Shown here: positions 48,468 to 58,771 of the stretch, one piece after another
How the letters are laid out: every line of letters starts with the position of its first letter
Numbering within the stretch: position 1 is the first letter of the stretch
From: an uncultured bacterium
GTDB taxonomy: Bacteria; Krumholzibacteriota; Krumholzibacteriia; LZORAL124-64-63
Assembly (NCBI GenBank): GCA_963732385.1
Contig: CAVSZB010000008.1
Coordinates: 352,001-416,000, forward strand
Direction: 5' to 3'
Length of the DNA stretch: 64,000 nt
The notes under the pieces: generated by a model
Databases searched by the model: none
Told to the model about the DNA's origin: nothing
The model's input: the letters and a program-made list of their open reading frames with translations, nothing else
Position numbers and translations under genes: made by a program

Positions 48468-49588
48468 GTGGAAGTCCTCTGGACCTCGACCGGGCTGGCG
48501 CACATCACCTGGCGCGAACTGGTGATGCTGGGCGTGGCCTGCGTGCTGCTCTGGCTCGCCATCCAGGCGTAGGTTCGAGCCGCTGTTGCTGGTGCCGATC
48601 GGCTTCGGCGCGCTGATGGCCAACCTGCCGCTTGCCGGACTGATGAGCCCCGGCGGTCCCGGCGAGCCGGGCGGCCTCTTCCACTACCTGTTCGCCGGGG
48701 TCAGGCTGGAGATCTTCCCGCCGCTCATCTTCCTCGGACTCGGGGCGCTGACCGACTTCGGCCCTTTGCTGTCGAATCCGAAGACGTTCTTCCTCGGGGC
48801 CGCGGCGCAGCTCGGTGTGTTCGGCACCTTCCTGGCGGCCCATGCGCATGGGCTTCACGCCGCAGGAGGCCGCTTCGATCGGCATCATCGGCGGCGCCGA
48901 CGGGCCGACCTCCATCTACCTGACGATGAAGCTGGCGCCGCACCTGCTCGGGGCGATCGCCGTCTCGGCGTATTCGTACATGGCGCTGGTGCCGCTCATC
49001 CAGCCGCCGATCATGCGGCTGCTGACGACGAAGCGGGAACGCGCGATCCGCATGGAGAGCAATTTCGAAGTGCCGCGCTGGATCCGGATCATCTTCCCGA
49101 TCGGCGTTACGATCGTCGGTGCGCTGATCGTGCCGGCGGCGACAAGTCTCATCGGTCTGCTCATGTTCGGCAATCTGCTGCGCGAGTGCGGCGTGACCGA
49201 GCGGTTGACCCGCTCCGCGCAGAACGAGCTGATCAACCTGATCACGATCGTCCTCGGGCTATGCGTGGGCGTGACGATGGATGGCGAGAGCTTCCTGCGG
49301 ACCGAGACCCTGAAGATCCTCGTGCTCGGTTGCGTGGCGTTTTCGCTGTCCACGGCGGGCGGGGTCCTGCTTGGCAAGCTGATGGCGCGCCTGCCGGGCA
49401 GCCCGGTCAATCCGCTCATCGGCGCTGCGGGGGTGTCGGCGGTGCCGATGGCGGCCCGGGTGGCGCACAACGTGGCGCAGGAGACCGATCCCAACAACTA
49501 CCTGCTCATGCACGCGATGGGGCCTAACGTGGCCGGGGTGATCGGCTCGGCAGTGGCGGCGGGAGGGCTGCTCGCGCTCCTGAAGTAG
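48468..49588 (+). CDS. mmdB: Na+-translocating decarboxylase beta subunit (OadB/MmdB; +1 frameshifts at ~48564 and ~48841)
   Basis: [79 protein letters not shown]. Confidence 0.88.
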
Positions 49589-49592
49589 CCCG

Positions 49593-50075
49593 CTACGGGG
49601 CGAAGGAGATATCGTCCGGCAGCTCGTTCACGTCGTCTTCGCGGTGCGGGAAGTGCAGGCGCAGGCGTTCGCCGATCATCGCCACGCCGGTGGCGAGGCC
49701 GTCGGCCGGACGATCGTCGGCGAAGGCCGGCAGCATCGCCTCGACGACCTCGTGCCAGAAGACTTCGCCGACCTGCGCGTGCAGGCCTTCGTCGCCCACC
49801 ACGGCGAGGGTGCGCCGCCGCAGCGCCAGATAGATGAGCACGCCGTCGTGTGCCGCCGTGCGGTGCATGCCCAGCCGCGCGAACATGTCGCGAGCGCGTC
49901 GGTAGGCATCGCCCGCGGCGGGGCCGCGCCGCGGCAGATCGCGCTCCACGTGAACCCTGATCTCCCCGCTGGTGCGCGACTCCGCAGCCTGGATAGCGGC
50001 GCGGATGCGCTCCTGCTCCTCCGGCGTAAAATAGCTTTTTGGCACATCGCTGCGCCGGCCGTCCGCCTCCGTCAT
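49593..50075 (-). CDS. TPM-domain protein (short)
   Basis: AI..AE.RTSGEIRVHVE, GVLIYLA, GDEGLH, HFP..DD.NELPD. Confidence 0.9.
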   Translation of the reverse strand: MTEADGRRSDVPKSYFTPEEQERIRAAIQAAESRTSGEIRVHVERDLPRRGPAAGDAYRRARDMFARLGMHRTAAHDGVLIYLALRRRTLAVVGDEGLHAQVGEVFWHEVVEAMLPAFADDRPADGLATGVAMIGERLRLHFPHREDDVNELPDDISFAP

Positions 50076-50077
50076 GG

Positions 50078-50860
50078 TCACCAACCTCCGCTCGCGCCGC
50101 CGCCGCCGGACATGCCTCCGCCGCCGGAGAACCCGCCGAACCCGCCGCCGCCGCCTCCGCTCCAGCCACCGCCGCCCCCGCCGCGGGTGGAGTCGAGCAG
50201 GGCGGAAGCGATGATGAGCGGTCCTAGTCCGCCGCCGCCGCGGTTGCGGGCGATCCGCGTCAGGATGAAGAAGAAGAGCAGGAACGGGATCACGCCGTAG
50301 CCGCGGCCGCGCTTGCCGCCCGCGGCGCGGTTTGGCGTGGCGCCGCGGGCGAGCGGGTCGCCGGGCGCCACCGCGCCGGCGACCTGCCGGATCACGAACG
50401 CGAAACGCGCGGCAGCCGGGTCACGCGGCATTTCCATCATGCGGCGCAGGATCCGGCTCGCCACCACGTCGGGCAGGGAGTCCTCGAGACCGTAGCCGAC
50501 CTCGATGCGGCTCTGCCCCTCGCGCGGAAAGACCGCGAACAGCACGCCGCGATCGCGTCCCTTGCGGCCGATGCCCCAGGATTCGTAGAGGCGGGTGACC
50601 GTGGTTTCGATGTCGCCCTCGAGTTCCGGCAGAACTGTCACCACGAACTGGATTCCCGTGCGCTGCTCGAACCCGGCGAGCGCGTCGGCGAGACGGGTGG
50701 CGTCCGTGCCCGCCACGAGGCCCGTGCGGTCGTCGAAATGCCGCGCGGGCGGCGCCGGCAGGTCGGCCGCGGTCGCCGGCAGTGCGCCGACCGCCAGCAG
50801 CAGCAGGAGCGCTCCCGCCGCCGCCGGCTTCCCCGTCCGTATGCTCCGTCGCCGGATCAT
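50078..50860 (-). CDS. TPM-domain (YgcG-like) membrane protein with Gly-rich tail
   Basis: WGIGRKGRDRGVL, RIEVGYGLE..LPD; tail GGFGGFSGGGGMSGGGGASGGW. Confidence 0.9.
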   Translation of the reverse strand: MIRRRSIRTGKPAAAGALLLLLAVGALPATAADLPAPPARHFDDRTGLVAGTDATRLADALAGFEQRTGIQFVVTVLPELEGDIETTVTRLYESWGIGRKGRDRGVLFAVFPREGQSRIEVGYGLEDSLPDVVASRILRRMMEMPRDPAAARFAFVIRQVAGAVAPGDPLARGATPNRAAGGKRGRGYGVIPFLLFFFILTRIARNRGGGGLGPLIIASALLDSTRGGGGGGWSGGGGGGFGGFSGGGGMSGGGGASGGW

Positions 50861-50898
50861 GCCACGCTCCCCTTGCCGCCCCACGCGGCGGTCGCAGT

Positions 50899-51495
50899 TC
50901 AGAACTGCACCTTGGGCGCTGTTTCGGCCCCGGCAGCGGCCTCGAAGTACCCCTTCTTCGTGAACTTGAACATTCCTGCCAGGATGTTGGTCGGGAAGCG
51001 GCGGATGCTCGTGTTATAGTTCTGCGCCATCTCGTTGAAGCGGCGTCTCTCCTGCGCGATCCGGTTCTCGGTGCCCTCGAGTTGCGCCTGCAGGTCGAGG
51101 AAGTTCTGGTTCGCCTTCAGATCCGGGTACTGCTCCACCACGACCATCAGACGGGCCATCGCGGAACCGAGATTCTGCTGCGCGGCCTGGAATTTCGCCA
51201 TCAACTGCGGATCGTTCAGGGTCTCGGGAGTGAGTTGGGCCTGGACCTGGGTCGCCTCTGCGCGCGCCTTGATCACGGCTTCGAATGTCTCGCGCTCGTG
51301 CGCGGCGTAGCCCTTCACGGTCTCGACGAGATTGGGGATCAGGTCCGACCGGCGCTGGTAGACGTTCTCCACGTTGCCCCACTGGCCGCTGACCTGCTCC
51401 TGCAGCGAGACCAGGCGGTTGTACTGCCCCGTGAAGCCCATCACGACGAAAGCGATGACAGCCAGAACCACGATCAGGGGAATCAGCTTCCTCAT
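50899..51495 (-). CDS. lemA: LemA family protein
   Basis: YN.LV, QRRSDLIPNLVETVKGYAAHE, YPDLKANQNF, LEGTENRI; GGAGG RBS. Confidence 0.95.
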   Translation of the reverse strand: MRKLIPLIVVLAVIAFVVMGFTGQYNRLVSLQEQVSGQWGNVENVYQRRSDLIPNLVETVKGYAAHERETFEAVIKARAEATQVQAQLTPETLNDPQLMAKFQAAQQNLGSAMARLMVVVEQYPDLKANQNFLDLQAQLEGTENRIAQERRRFNEMAQNYNTSIRRFPTNILAGMFKFTKKGYFEAAAGAETAPKVQF

Positions 51496-51584
51496 AATCA
51501 ATCTGCCTCCTGTGGGTGGATCGCTGCGACCAGGCGGCTCTACACGCGTCCGGCACATCCTATTCGCAGAACGGGGGCGCCGCC

Positions 51585-53888
51585 TCAGGGTATTACTTCG
51601 AGGGAGAAGATGTCACCCGGCTCGATGGCGTCGACAACGTGCATGCCGCGCACGACCCGGCCGACCGCCGTGTAGCGGCCGGTCAGGTGCGGTTGCGGGG
51701 AATGGCAGACGAAGAACTGGCTGCCGCCCGTGTCGAGGCCGGAGTCGGCGATTCCGACCGTGCCGCGGTCGAACTGGGTCCGGTTGCGCTCGGAGCGCAG
51801 CGTGAATCCCGGCCCGCCCCAGCCGTCGCCGCGGGGGTCGCCTCCCTGGATGACGAAATCGGGCACGACGCGGTGGAACACCTGGTCGCGATAGAATCCC
51901 GCGCGCGTCAGTTGGACCAGCGCGGCGGCGGTGTTCGGGGCGCGGCGGCCGTCGAGCGCGATGATGAAGTCGCCGCGCCCGGTGACGCAGCGGAGGCGAG
52001 GAGCCTTGAACGGCGCGGCGAGTGGCGGCTGGCCCGCCGCGCGCAACGGGGTCGGCGCGGTGGCGCGCAGGCTCGCCTCGCCGGGGATCCGGGCGGGCGG
52101 CAGCAACCCGCTCGCCACGGCGGCGGCGCGCGCCTGCAGGCGCACGCGGGGGTCGGGAAGATCGAATCCCGCTTCGAGAGTCCGGACCACCAGCGGGCGC
52201 AGCGAGTCGGGCAGCGCCGGGGCGCCCGCAACGGTGCGCGCCGGCGCGGAGGCGGCGTCTCCGCCCGCGGCGGGTTGCAGGGCGCCGGCCCGGGCGGCCG
52301 CCTCGAGTCCGGCGTAGGCGCCGAGGCAAATGTCGTCGGCGCCCTCGCGGTCGCTGCGCAAAGTCGCCAGCAACCTGCACATGGCGTCGATCGCAGCGGG
52401 CGATGGAATCCGGCCCAGCTGCTCGGCGGCTGTCGCGGCGACGGCGAAATCGGCGTCGCCGAGGGCGGATCGCAAAACGGCGAGCGCTTCGTGGCGCAGC
52501 GCAGACGCCGCGACCGGAGGCAGCAACGTCGTCTGGCGCTGCCAGAGGGCGCCGATCGCCTCCAGAGCCGATTCGCGCACGATCAGCGGTCGGCCGGGCG
52601 CGGTGGCCGCGGCCAGGGCAGCGAGGGCGCCGGCATCGCCGCCCCGCCCGAGTCCCTGCGCGGCTGCCGCGACCACCTGTGGCGGGCTGGTCCCGTAGCC
52701 GGTCAGTACAGCGGTCAGTTCGCCCGTGGCCGCCGCGCCACGGAGTGCGCCCCGCGCCAGCAGGGCCGCCGCCCGGATCGGTGCGTCGGCATCACCGGTG
52801 CGCGCCAGCGCGGCGCGGGCCAGACGCAGGCGCCACACCGGCAGCAGACTCTCCCGGGTCGCGGCAGCGATCGGCAATTCCATCCGCTCGACCAGGGCCG
52901 CCATCGCCTCGAGCGCGGTGCGGGCGACCTGCGGGTCGTGGTCGCGGCTGCCGTCGGTCAGCTGGGAGGCCAGTCGTACGAAGTTCGGTTCGAGCGCGTC
53001 GGAGGCAGCTGCCGCGGCCAGCGCGTGGCCGCAACGTCCCAGCGCCCGCAGTTGCGCCACGCGCACGCGCGTGCGCGTGGCCGCCGGCAGGGTCAGCTCC
53101 TCCTCGCCGCTGTCGAGGATGGCTGCCAGCGCCGCCGGTGTCCCCTGGGCGCCGAGCGCGCGCAGCCCGTGCACGCGCACCTGCGGATCCCGGGCGCGCG
53201 CGTGACGCGCCACGGCCGCGGCCAGCCCCGAATCGGGTGCGGCCTTCTCGGCGCAGCGCAGGACGCGCCACAGCACGGGGAGTTCGCGGCGCGACAGCCC
53301 TTCCCGCAGCGCGAAACGCAGCGTGTCGGGCGCGAGCTCGGCGGCCCGCTCGCGCAGGCCGTCCCAGGCCGCGGCGGCCTCGTCGACGTTGGCCCGCAGC
53401 GCCGGACCGAGCAGCGGCAGGCCGCCGCCCGGGAGGCGGCCCAGCGCCTCGACGGTGGCCAGGCGCAGCGCGCGGTTGCGCGTGGCAAGGAGCCGGGTCA
53501 ACGGACCGACGCCCTGCGGACTGCCGGTGAAGCCGAGCGCCGCGGCTGCCTCGACGCGCACCGTGGCGCTGCGATCATCGAGGGCCCTGACCAGGCCGGT
53601 CACCGCGTCGTCCTGTCCGATGAGGCCGGCGGCCCGGGTCGAGGCCAGACGCACGTGCGCGTCGGGCGACACCAGGCAGCGGGCCAGCGAGTCGGCGTCG
53701 GCCAGCCGGCGGTCCTCCCAGCGGGCGATCGCCTGCAGGGCGGGGGCGCGGTCGGGGGGCGCGGAACAGCCCGTCGAAACGACGGCCGCCAGGCCGGAAA
53801 CCGTCAGCGCTACCGCGCGCCACCCGGCGCCGCAGGCCGGCGCACGACGCGGTGGACAGGGTGGTGCGGGCGGGATGGGCAGGGGCAT
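51585..53888 (-). CDS. HEAT-repeat lipoprotein with C-terminal cyclophilin-type peptidyl-prolyl isomerase
   Basis: Lipobox-like STGC; HEAT repeats (VRVEAAAALG); FHRVVPDFVIQGGDPRGDGWGGPG, DTGGSQFF, PHLTGRYT. Confidence 0.88.
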   Translation of the reverse strand: MPLPIPPAPPCPPRRAPACGAGWRAVALTVSGLAAVVSTGCSAPPDRAPALQAIARWEDRRLADADSLARCLVSPDAHVRLASTRAAGLIGQDDAVTGLVRALDDRSATVRVEAAAALGFTGSPQGVGPLTRLLATRNRALRLATVEALGRLPGGGLPLLGPALRANVDEAAAAWDGLRERAAELAPDTLRFALREGLSRRELPVLWRVLRCAEKAAPDSGLAAAVARHARARDPQVRVHGLRALGAQGTPAALAAILDSGEEELTLPAATRTRVRVAQLRALGRCGHALAAAAASDALEPNFVRLASQLTDGSRDHDPQVARTALEAMAALVERMELPIAAATRESLLPVWRLRLARAALARTGDADAPIRAAALLARGALRGAAATGELTAVLTGYGTSPPQVVAAAAQGLGRGGDAGALAALAAATAPGRPLIVRESALEAIGALWQRQTTLLPPVAASALRHEALAVLRSALGDADFAVAATAAEQLGRIPSPAAIDAMCRLLATLRSDREGADDICLGAYAGLEAAARAGALQPAAGGDAASAPARTVAGAPALPDSLRPLVVRTLEAGFDLPDPRVRLQARAAAVASGLLPPARIPGEASLRATAPTPLRAAGQPPLAAPFKAPRLRCVTGRGDFIIALDGRRAPNTAAALVQLTRAGFYRDQVFHRVVPDFVIQGGDPRGDGWGGPGFTLRSERNRTQFDRGTVGIADSGLDTGGSQFFVCHSPQPHLTGRYTAVGRVVRGMHVVDAIEPGDIFSLEVIP

Positions 53889-53969
53889 GACTTTCCTCCG
53901 TGGACAGCGGGCGTCGGCGGCGCGACGTTACCACCGGTCGCGGCGACTGTCCATGTCGGGGAGGCCGCT

Positions 53970-53998
53970 TTGACCGCCCGGAGCCGGTTTGTTACCAT
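53970..53998 (+). promoter_or_regulatory. Sigma-70-like promoter for the asd operon
   Basis: TTGACC-17 nt-TACCAT with a TG extension. Confidence 0.6.
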
Positions 53999-54038
53999 GC
54001 CTGCGCGTCGGACGATCCGGCGCGGACAGGGGAGGGGC

Positions 54039-55103
54039 ATGCGCACCGCGATTCTCGGCGCGACCGGTCTGGTCGGACGCGTCATGCTGCGACTGCTGGA
54101 GGCGCGGGCGTGGGTCGATGACCCGCCGCTGCTGCTGGCCAGCGCACGGTCGGCCGGAGCGGAACTGCCTTTCCGCGGCGGGCGCCTCGTCGTGCGCAAC
54201 GCGGCTGCGGCCGACCTGGAGGGGATCCGCCTGGCGCTGTTCTCCGCCGGCGGCGCCGTGAGCCGGGAGTACGCGCCCCGCTTCGCGGCCGTCGGCGCCT
54301 GGGTCGTGGACAACTCCTCGGCGTACCGGATGGACGCGGCCGTGCCGCTCGTGGTGCCGGAGGTCAACCCGGGGCTGGTGCCCCGTCTGGACCTTGACGC
54401 GCCGGAACGGGGCGGCATCATCGCCAACCCCAACTGCTCCACCATCCAGGTCGCCGTGCCGCTGGCGGCGTTGCATGCGGCGGGTGGCCTGCGCGAGGTG
54501 CAGGTGACGACCCTGCAGGCGGTCTCGGGCGCAGGCCGGCTGGCGGTGGAAGAGCTCGCGCGACAGCTGCCGGGACAGCTGACGCGGGCCGCGCGCCTGA
54601 CGGCCGGCGATCTGTTCGATGACGCGGACCCGGGCGCCGGCGCAGTGCTGCCGCGCCGGATCGCCGGGAACGTGGTGCCGCGGATCGGGGCCGCGCTGCC
54701 CGACGGCTCGTTCGAGGAGGAGGCCAAGGTCGTGCGGGAACTGCGCAGGATCCTCGACCTGCCGGCACTGGCCGTCAGCTGCACCGCCACGCGCGTGCCG
54801 GTGTGGAACGGCCACAGCGCCGCGGTGCGCGTCGTGCTGGCGCGCCCGCTGACGCTCGAGGCGGCGCGCCGCGCGATGGTCGCCGCCGGTGGCGTCGAGG
54901 TCGACCCCTCGCCGCACGGCTACACGACGCCGGCGGAAGCGAGCGGCGACGGGGCGATCCGGGTCGGACGGCTGCGCCACGATCCCGATCGCGCCGAGGC
55001 GCTGCTGTTCTGGGTCGTGGCCGACAATCTGCTCAAGGGGGCGGCGCTCAACGCCGTCCAGATCGCGGACCTGCTCGCGGGCGCGCCGGCGCCGGCGCGG
55101 TGA
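54039..55103 (+). CDS. asd: Aspartate-semialdehyde dehydrogenase
   Basis: GATGLVG, FSAGG, VDNSSAYRM, VVPEVN, IIANPNCST, QAVSGAG, TRVPV..GHS, DNLLKGAALNAVQIA. Confidence 0.95.
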   Translation: MRTAILGATGLVGRVMLRLLEARAWVDDPPLLLASARSAGAELPFRGGRLVVRNAAAADLEGIRLALFSAGGAVSREYAPRFAAVGAWVVDNSSAYRMDAAVPLVVPEVNPGLVPRLDLDAPERGGIIANPNCSTIQVAVPLAALHAAGGLREVQVTTLQAVSGAGRLAVEELARQLPGQLTRAARLTAGDLFDDADPGAGAVLPRRIAGNVVPRIGAALPDGSFEEEAKVVRELRRILDLPALAVSCTATRVPVWNGHSAAVRVVLARPLTLEAARRAMVAAGGVEVDPSPHGYTTPAEASGDGAIRVGRLRHDPDRAEALLFWVVADNLLKGAALNAVQIADLLAGAPAPAR

Positions 55104-55873
55104 TTCCGGCCGTGGTCGCGGCGCCGGACCGGACCTGGTGGCTGGCCAGGCTCCACCCCGCCACGCGTCTGGCCGCTCTCCCGCTCGCGGTGATCACCTG
55201 CCTGGCGGCGCCGGCCTGGCTGCTGCCGCTGTTGCTGCCGCTGGTCGTCGTCGCGCTGCGGCGCGGCGGCCTGCCGTGGGGCGCGCAGTGGCGGGCTCTG
55301 GTTCCCTGGTGGCCGGTCGCCGGGCTCGTGATTGCGATCCACGTCTTCACCACCGTGTCGGCGGCGCCGCCGGGCCACCCCTCGTGGACCGGAGCGGGGC
55401 GCGGCGTGGCCGCCGTGGCGCGCGTGATCGCGTCGCTGCTCTGCCTGCGGCTCTTCGCGCGTGTCCTGGCCCTGGGCGATCTGGTGGCGGCGCTGGCGTG
55501 GTGGGGCCTCGGCCGTTTCGGCGATCGGGGCGTCGTCACGCGGCTGGGGGTCGTGCTCGCGGTGGCCGCGGGCGCCGCTCCGGCGGTGGTGACCGAAGGA
55601 CGAAGGGTCACGGCCGCCCTGCGTCTGCGCCAGGGTCGACCGGCGACGGGCGGTCCCGCGCGGCGGTGGTGGCGGCGCGCGGTGGAGACGACCCGCCTGC
55701 CGCTGCCGCTGATCGAGGGGCTGTTCAGGCGGGCCGAGGCGCTTACGCTGTCGCTGCGCGGACGGTTGCCGCACCCGGCTCAGCTCGGGCCGCCTCCCTG
55801 GCGCCAGCTCGCCGTGCTGGCGGTCTGGCTGGGCGCGCTGGTGGCGCTGGCGTTCTGGCGGGGGAGGCTGTAG
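55100..55873 (+). CDS. Divergent EcfT/CbiQ-like ECF transporter transmembrane component
   Basis: WLARLHPATRL, TM helices, A.RLR and LF.RAEAL..SLRGR Arg motifs; GTGA overlap with asd. Confidence 0.65.
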   Translation: MIPAVVAAPDRTWWLARLHPATRLAALPLAVITCLAAPAWLLPLLLPLVVVALRRGGLPWGAQWRALVPWWPVAGLVIAIHVFTTVSAAPPGHPSWTGAGRGVAAVARVIASLLCLRLFARVLALGDLVAALAWWGLGRFGDRGVVTRLGVVLAVAAGAAPAVVTEGRRVTAALRLRQGRPATGGPARRWWRRAVETTRLPLPLIEGLFRRAEALTLSLRGRLPHPAQLGPPPWRQLAVLAVWLGALVALAFWRGRL

Positions 55874-56748
55874 TGGACGGTGAGGTTTCCGGCGGATTTC
55901 CGCGGTCTGACGCCGGCGAGCCTCCGGGCGGGTGCCGCGTGCGTCTCGACCTGGCCTACGATGGCGCCGGGTTCCACGGCTGGCAGGTCCAGCCGGGACT
56001 GCGCACGGTGCAGGGGGAACTTGCCGTCATGCTCGCGCGGTTGCTGCGGCGCGAAATCGTGCCGGTCGGGGCCGGCCGCACCGACGCCGGCGTCCACGCC
56101 CGGGGGCAGGTCTGCAGCTTCCCGGTCCGCGACGACCGCGAATTCGCGCGCCTGCGGGAGCATCTGGCCCGCATCGCGCCGCCCGACCTGCAACTGCTCA
56201 CCGTGCGCGCGGTCTCGCCCCTGTTCAGCGCCCGCTTCAGCGCCACGGCGCGTCGCTACAGCTATCACCTGCTGCTGCGCCCCGACATTTTTCGCGCGCG
56301 CTTCGCGGTCTTCGTGCCGGGCCGGCTCGACCGCGCCGCGATGGACGCCGCCGCGGCGCATTTTTCGGGAACCCGCGACTTCACCAGTTTTTGCAAACGG
56401 CAGTCGCTGCGTCCGGAGGGGGAAAACATCTGCACCGTGGATCGCTGCGGCTTTGAATGGACGGAGGATTCCGCTATCCTTCAGGTGCGAGCGGACCACT
56501 TCCTGCACAATATGGTGCGCGCCATCACCGGCACGCTGGTCGAGGTGGGTCTGGGGCGGCGCCGTCCGGACGACGTGCCGCTGATCCTGGCCGCCCGTGA
56601 CCGCGCCCGCGCGGGTCGGACGATGCCGGCGCACGGCCTGTTCCTGGACGAAGTGAGTTACCCGGCGGCTTTGCTCGACCCCCATCACGCAAGCACGACC
56701 GCGTCGGACGGGGCTGATCGCCCGCCGGCGCGGGAGGAGGGATCATGA
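55873..56748 (+). CDS. truA: tRNA pseudouridine(38-40) synthase
   Basis: [58 protein letters not shown]. Confidence 0.95.
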   Translation: MDGEVSGGFPRSDAGEPPGGCRVRLDLAYDGAGFHGWQVQPGLRTVQGELAVMLARLLRREIVPVGAGRTDAGVHARGQVCSFPVRDDREFARLREHLARIAPPDLQLLTVRAVSPLFSARFSATARRYSYHLLLRPDIFRARFAVFVPGRLDRAAMDAAAAHFSGTRDFTSFCKRQSLRPEGENICTVDRCGFEWTEDSAILQVRADHFLHNMVRAITGTLVEVGLGRRRPDDVPLILAARDRARAGRTMPAHGLFLDEVSYPAALLDPHHASTTASDGADRPPAREEGS

Positions 56749-57398
56749 AATTCTTCATCGACACGGCGAATCTGGACGCGATCCGCGAGGCGAAGGCGAT
56801 GGGGGTGCTCGACGGCGTCACCACGAATCCCAGTCTCATGGCCGCGGAAGGACGTCGCGACACCGATGCTCTGCTCAGGGAGATCTGTGAACTGGTGCAG
56901 GGGCCGGTCAGCGGCGAGGTCGTGGCCACGGACGCCGCCGGCATGATTGCCGAGGGACGGCGGCTGGCGAAGCTGAGCAAGCATCTCGTCGTGAAGGTCC
57001 CGATCACGGTCGATGGCCTGCGTGCGGTGAGCGCTTTGGCCGCTGACGGCATCGCGGTCAACGCCACGCTCTGCTTTTCCGCCTCGCAGGCGTTGCTGGT
57101 GGCGAAGGCGGGCGCCGCGTATGTGTCGCCGTTCGTCGGGCGTCTCGATGATGTCAGCGAGGACGGCCTGGCGCTGATCGAGGATATCGTCACGATCTAC
57201 GCCAACTACGACTTCGCCACCGAGGTGATCGTGGCGAGCATCCGCCATCCGCGGCACGTGGTCGAAGCGGCGTTGCTCGGCGCGCACGTGGCGACCATCC
57301 CGCCGAAGGTGATCCGCCAGCTGTTGTCCCATCCGCTGACCGACCGCGGACTCGACACCTTCCTGGCCGACTGGCGCAAGCTTCAGGGAGAGAAATGA
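56745..57398 (+). CDS. tal: Transaldolase / fructose-6-phosphate aldolase (small TalC/Fsa type)
   Basis: [50 protein letters not shown]. Confidence 0.92.
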   Translation: MKFFIDTANLDAIREAKAMGVLDGVTTNPSLMAAEGRRDTDALLREICELVQGPVSGEVVATDAAGMIAEGRRLAKLSKHLVVKVPITVDGLRAVSALAADGIAVNATLCFSASQALLVAKAGAAYVSPFVGRLDDVSEDGLALIEDIVTIYANYDFATEVIVASIRHPRHVVEAALLGAHVATIPPKVIRQLLSHPLTDRGLDTFLADWRKLQGEK

Positions 57399-58648
57399 TG
57401 AACGGACGGAGGGTGCCGGTCTGGACCGGGATCGTCATCGGCCTGCTCTTCGGCCTGCTCGTGGGGGCGGGCTGGCTGTTCGTGCGGGAGCGCACCTTCC
57501 AGCCGACGGTCGTCCCGGCGCAGGATCGGGTGTCGTCTCCGGCGAACGACAGCACCGGCGGGGGGGGCGCGACGCCGGCGCCACCGGTCGTGGCGTCGAC
57601 GCCCCGCGAGGATCTCGGGTCCGACCGCCGCAACGCTGTCGTGCGCGCCACCGAGGGGGTGGCGCCGGCGGTGGTCAGCATCAACGTGATCGCGTACCAG
57701 ACGTACCGGCAGAGCACGGCGCCTCCCGGCTACGAATTCTGGGATCGCTTCTATCCGGGCCTGTTCCCGAGCCAGGTCGTGCGGCGGCCGGTCCAGGCGC
57801 TCGGTTCGGGGTTCATCGTCTCGTCCGACGGCTACGTGATCACCAATAACCACGTGGTGGAAGGGGCGGACGAGCTGGTCGCCACGCTCTCGGACGGTCG
57901 CCAGTTCAAGGCCCGGGTGCTCGAGACGGTGCCCAACTACGATCTCGCGCTCGTGAAGATCGAGGGCGAGAACCTGCCGGTGGCGCGGCTGGCCGCATCC
58001 CGGCGCCTGTACATCGGCGAGTGGGCGATCGCGATCGGTTCGCCGTTCGGCTATCTGCTGGCCGACACCCAGCCCACCGTCACGGTCGGCGTGATCAGTG
58101 CGCTCAACCGCGACATCAAGCGCACCGAGGGCGAACAGCGCAACTTCCTCGGCATGATCCAGACCGACGCCGCGATCAACCCCGGCAACAGCGGCGGTCC
58201 GCTCGTCAACGCCGCCGGCGAAGTCGTCGGCATCAACACGTTCATCTTCTCGCGCAGTGGCGGGAGCGAAGGGATCGGCTTCGCCATTCCGATCGAACGG
58301 GCCAACTGGCTGATCCGCGAGGTGCGCGAGTACGGTCGTTTCCGCCAGCCGTGGTACGGGTTGGGGGTGCAGAAGCTCTCCCCGAACCTCATGCGCTCGC
58401 TCAATCTGCAGGATCCGGTCGGTTTCCTCGTGCAGAACGTGGAGGCCGGCTCGCCGGCGGAGCGGGCGGGGCTGCGGCCGGGCGACATCCTCCGGGCGAT
58501 CAACGGCGTGTCGCTCAAGGATCTCGACACGGTCGGACGCCTGATCTACGAGGCGCGGGTCGGCGATCGTCTCGCCTACCGCGCGGAACGCGACGGGCAG
58601 CGCCTGGACGGGACCATCACCCTCGAGGAGACGCGGCGCGGGCGCTGA
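57395..58648 (+). CDS. HtrA/DegP-like trypsin serine protease with one PDZ domain
   Basis: N-terminal [50 protein letters not shown]. Confidence 0.93.
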   Translation: MMNGRRVPVWTGIVIGLLFGLLVGAGWLFVRERTFQPTVVPAQDRVSSPANDSTGGGGATPAPPVVASTPREDLGSDRRNAVVRATEGVAPAVVSINVIAYQTYRQSTAPPGYEFWDRFYPGLFPSQVVRRPVQALGSGFIVSSDGYVITNNHVVEGADELVATLSDGRQFKARVLETVPNYDLALVKIEGENLPVARLAASRRLYIGEWAIAIGSPFGYLLADTQPTVTVGVISALNRDIKRTEGEQRNFLGMIQTDAAINPGNSGGPLVNAAGEVVGINTFIFSRSGGSEGIGFAIPIERANWLIREVREYGRFRQPWYGLGVQKLSPNLMRSLNLQDPVGFLVQNVEAGSPAERAGLRPGDILRAINGVSLKDLDTVGRLIYEARVGDRLAYRAERDGQRLDGTITLEETRRGR

Positions 58649-58678
58649 ACGGCGGCTGCCGCGGCCAGAGCCGGCCGG

Positions 58679-58707
58679 TTGTCGGCGGGGCGGAAATGCG
58701 GTAGAAT
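58679..58707 (+). promoter_or_regulatory. Sigma-70-like promoter for the tandem proteases
   Basis: TTGTCG-17 nt-TAGAAT. Confidence 0.5.
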
Positions 58708-58771
58708 GAAGGCGGGCTTTCTTCGCCCTGCACCCGCTATTCGAGCATCAGCCGCCGAGGAAGGTCCATAG

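Noticed and set aside
48570..48572. In-frame TAG in mmdB as pyrrolysine or readthrough
   Set aside because: The conserved FEPLLL continues in the +1 frame, so a single extra base explains it.
46995..48845. Programmed ribosomal frameshifting
   Set aside because: There are no slippery heptamers, and six events across three genes is implausible.
50078..50190. (GGC)n-like repeats as a contingency or microsatellite locus
   Set aside because: They encode the family-typical Gly-rich tail of TPM proteins.
51516..54038. Apparent 841-aa N-terminal extension of asd (similar extensions on ORFs 2895-6086, 5009-7693, 36853-38364, 42263-43927)
   Set aside because: The extensions overlap other real genes. 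The true starts have their own RBS or promoter and family-typical N-termini.
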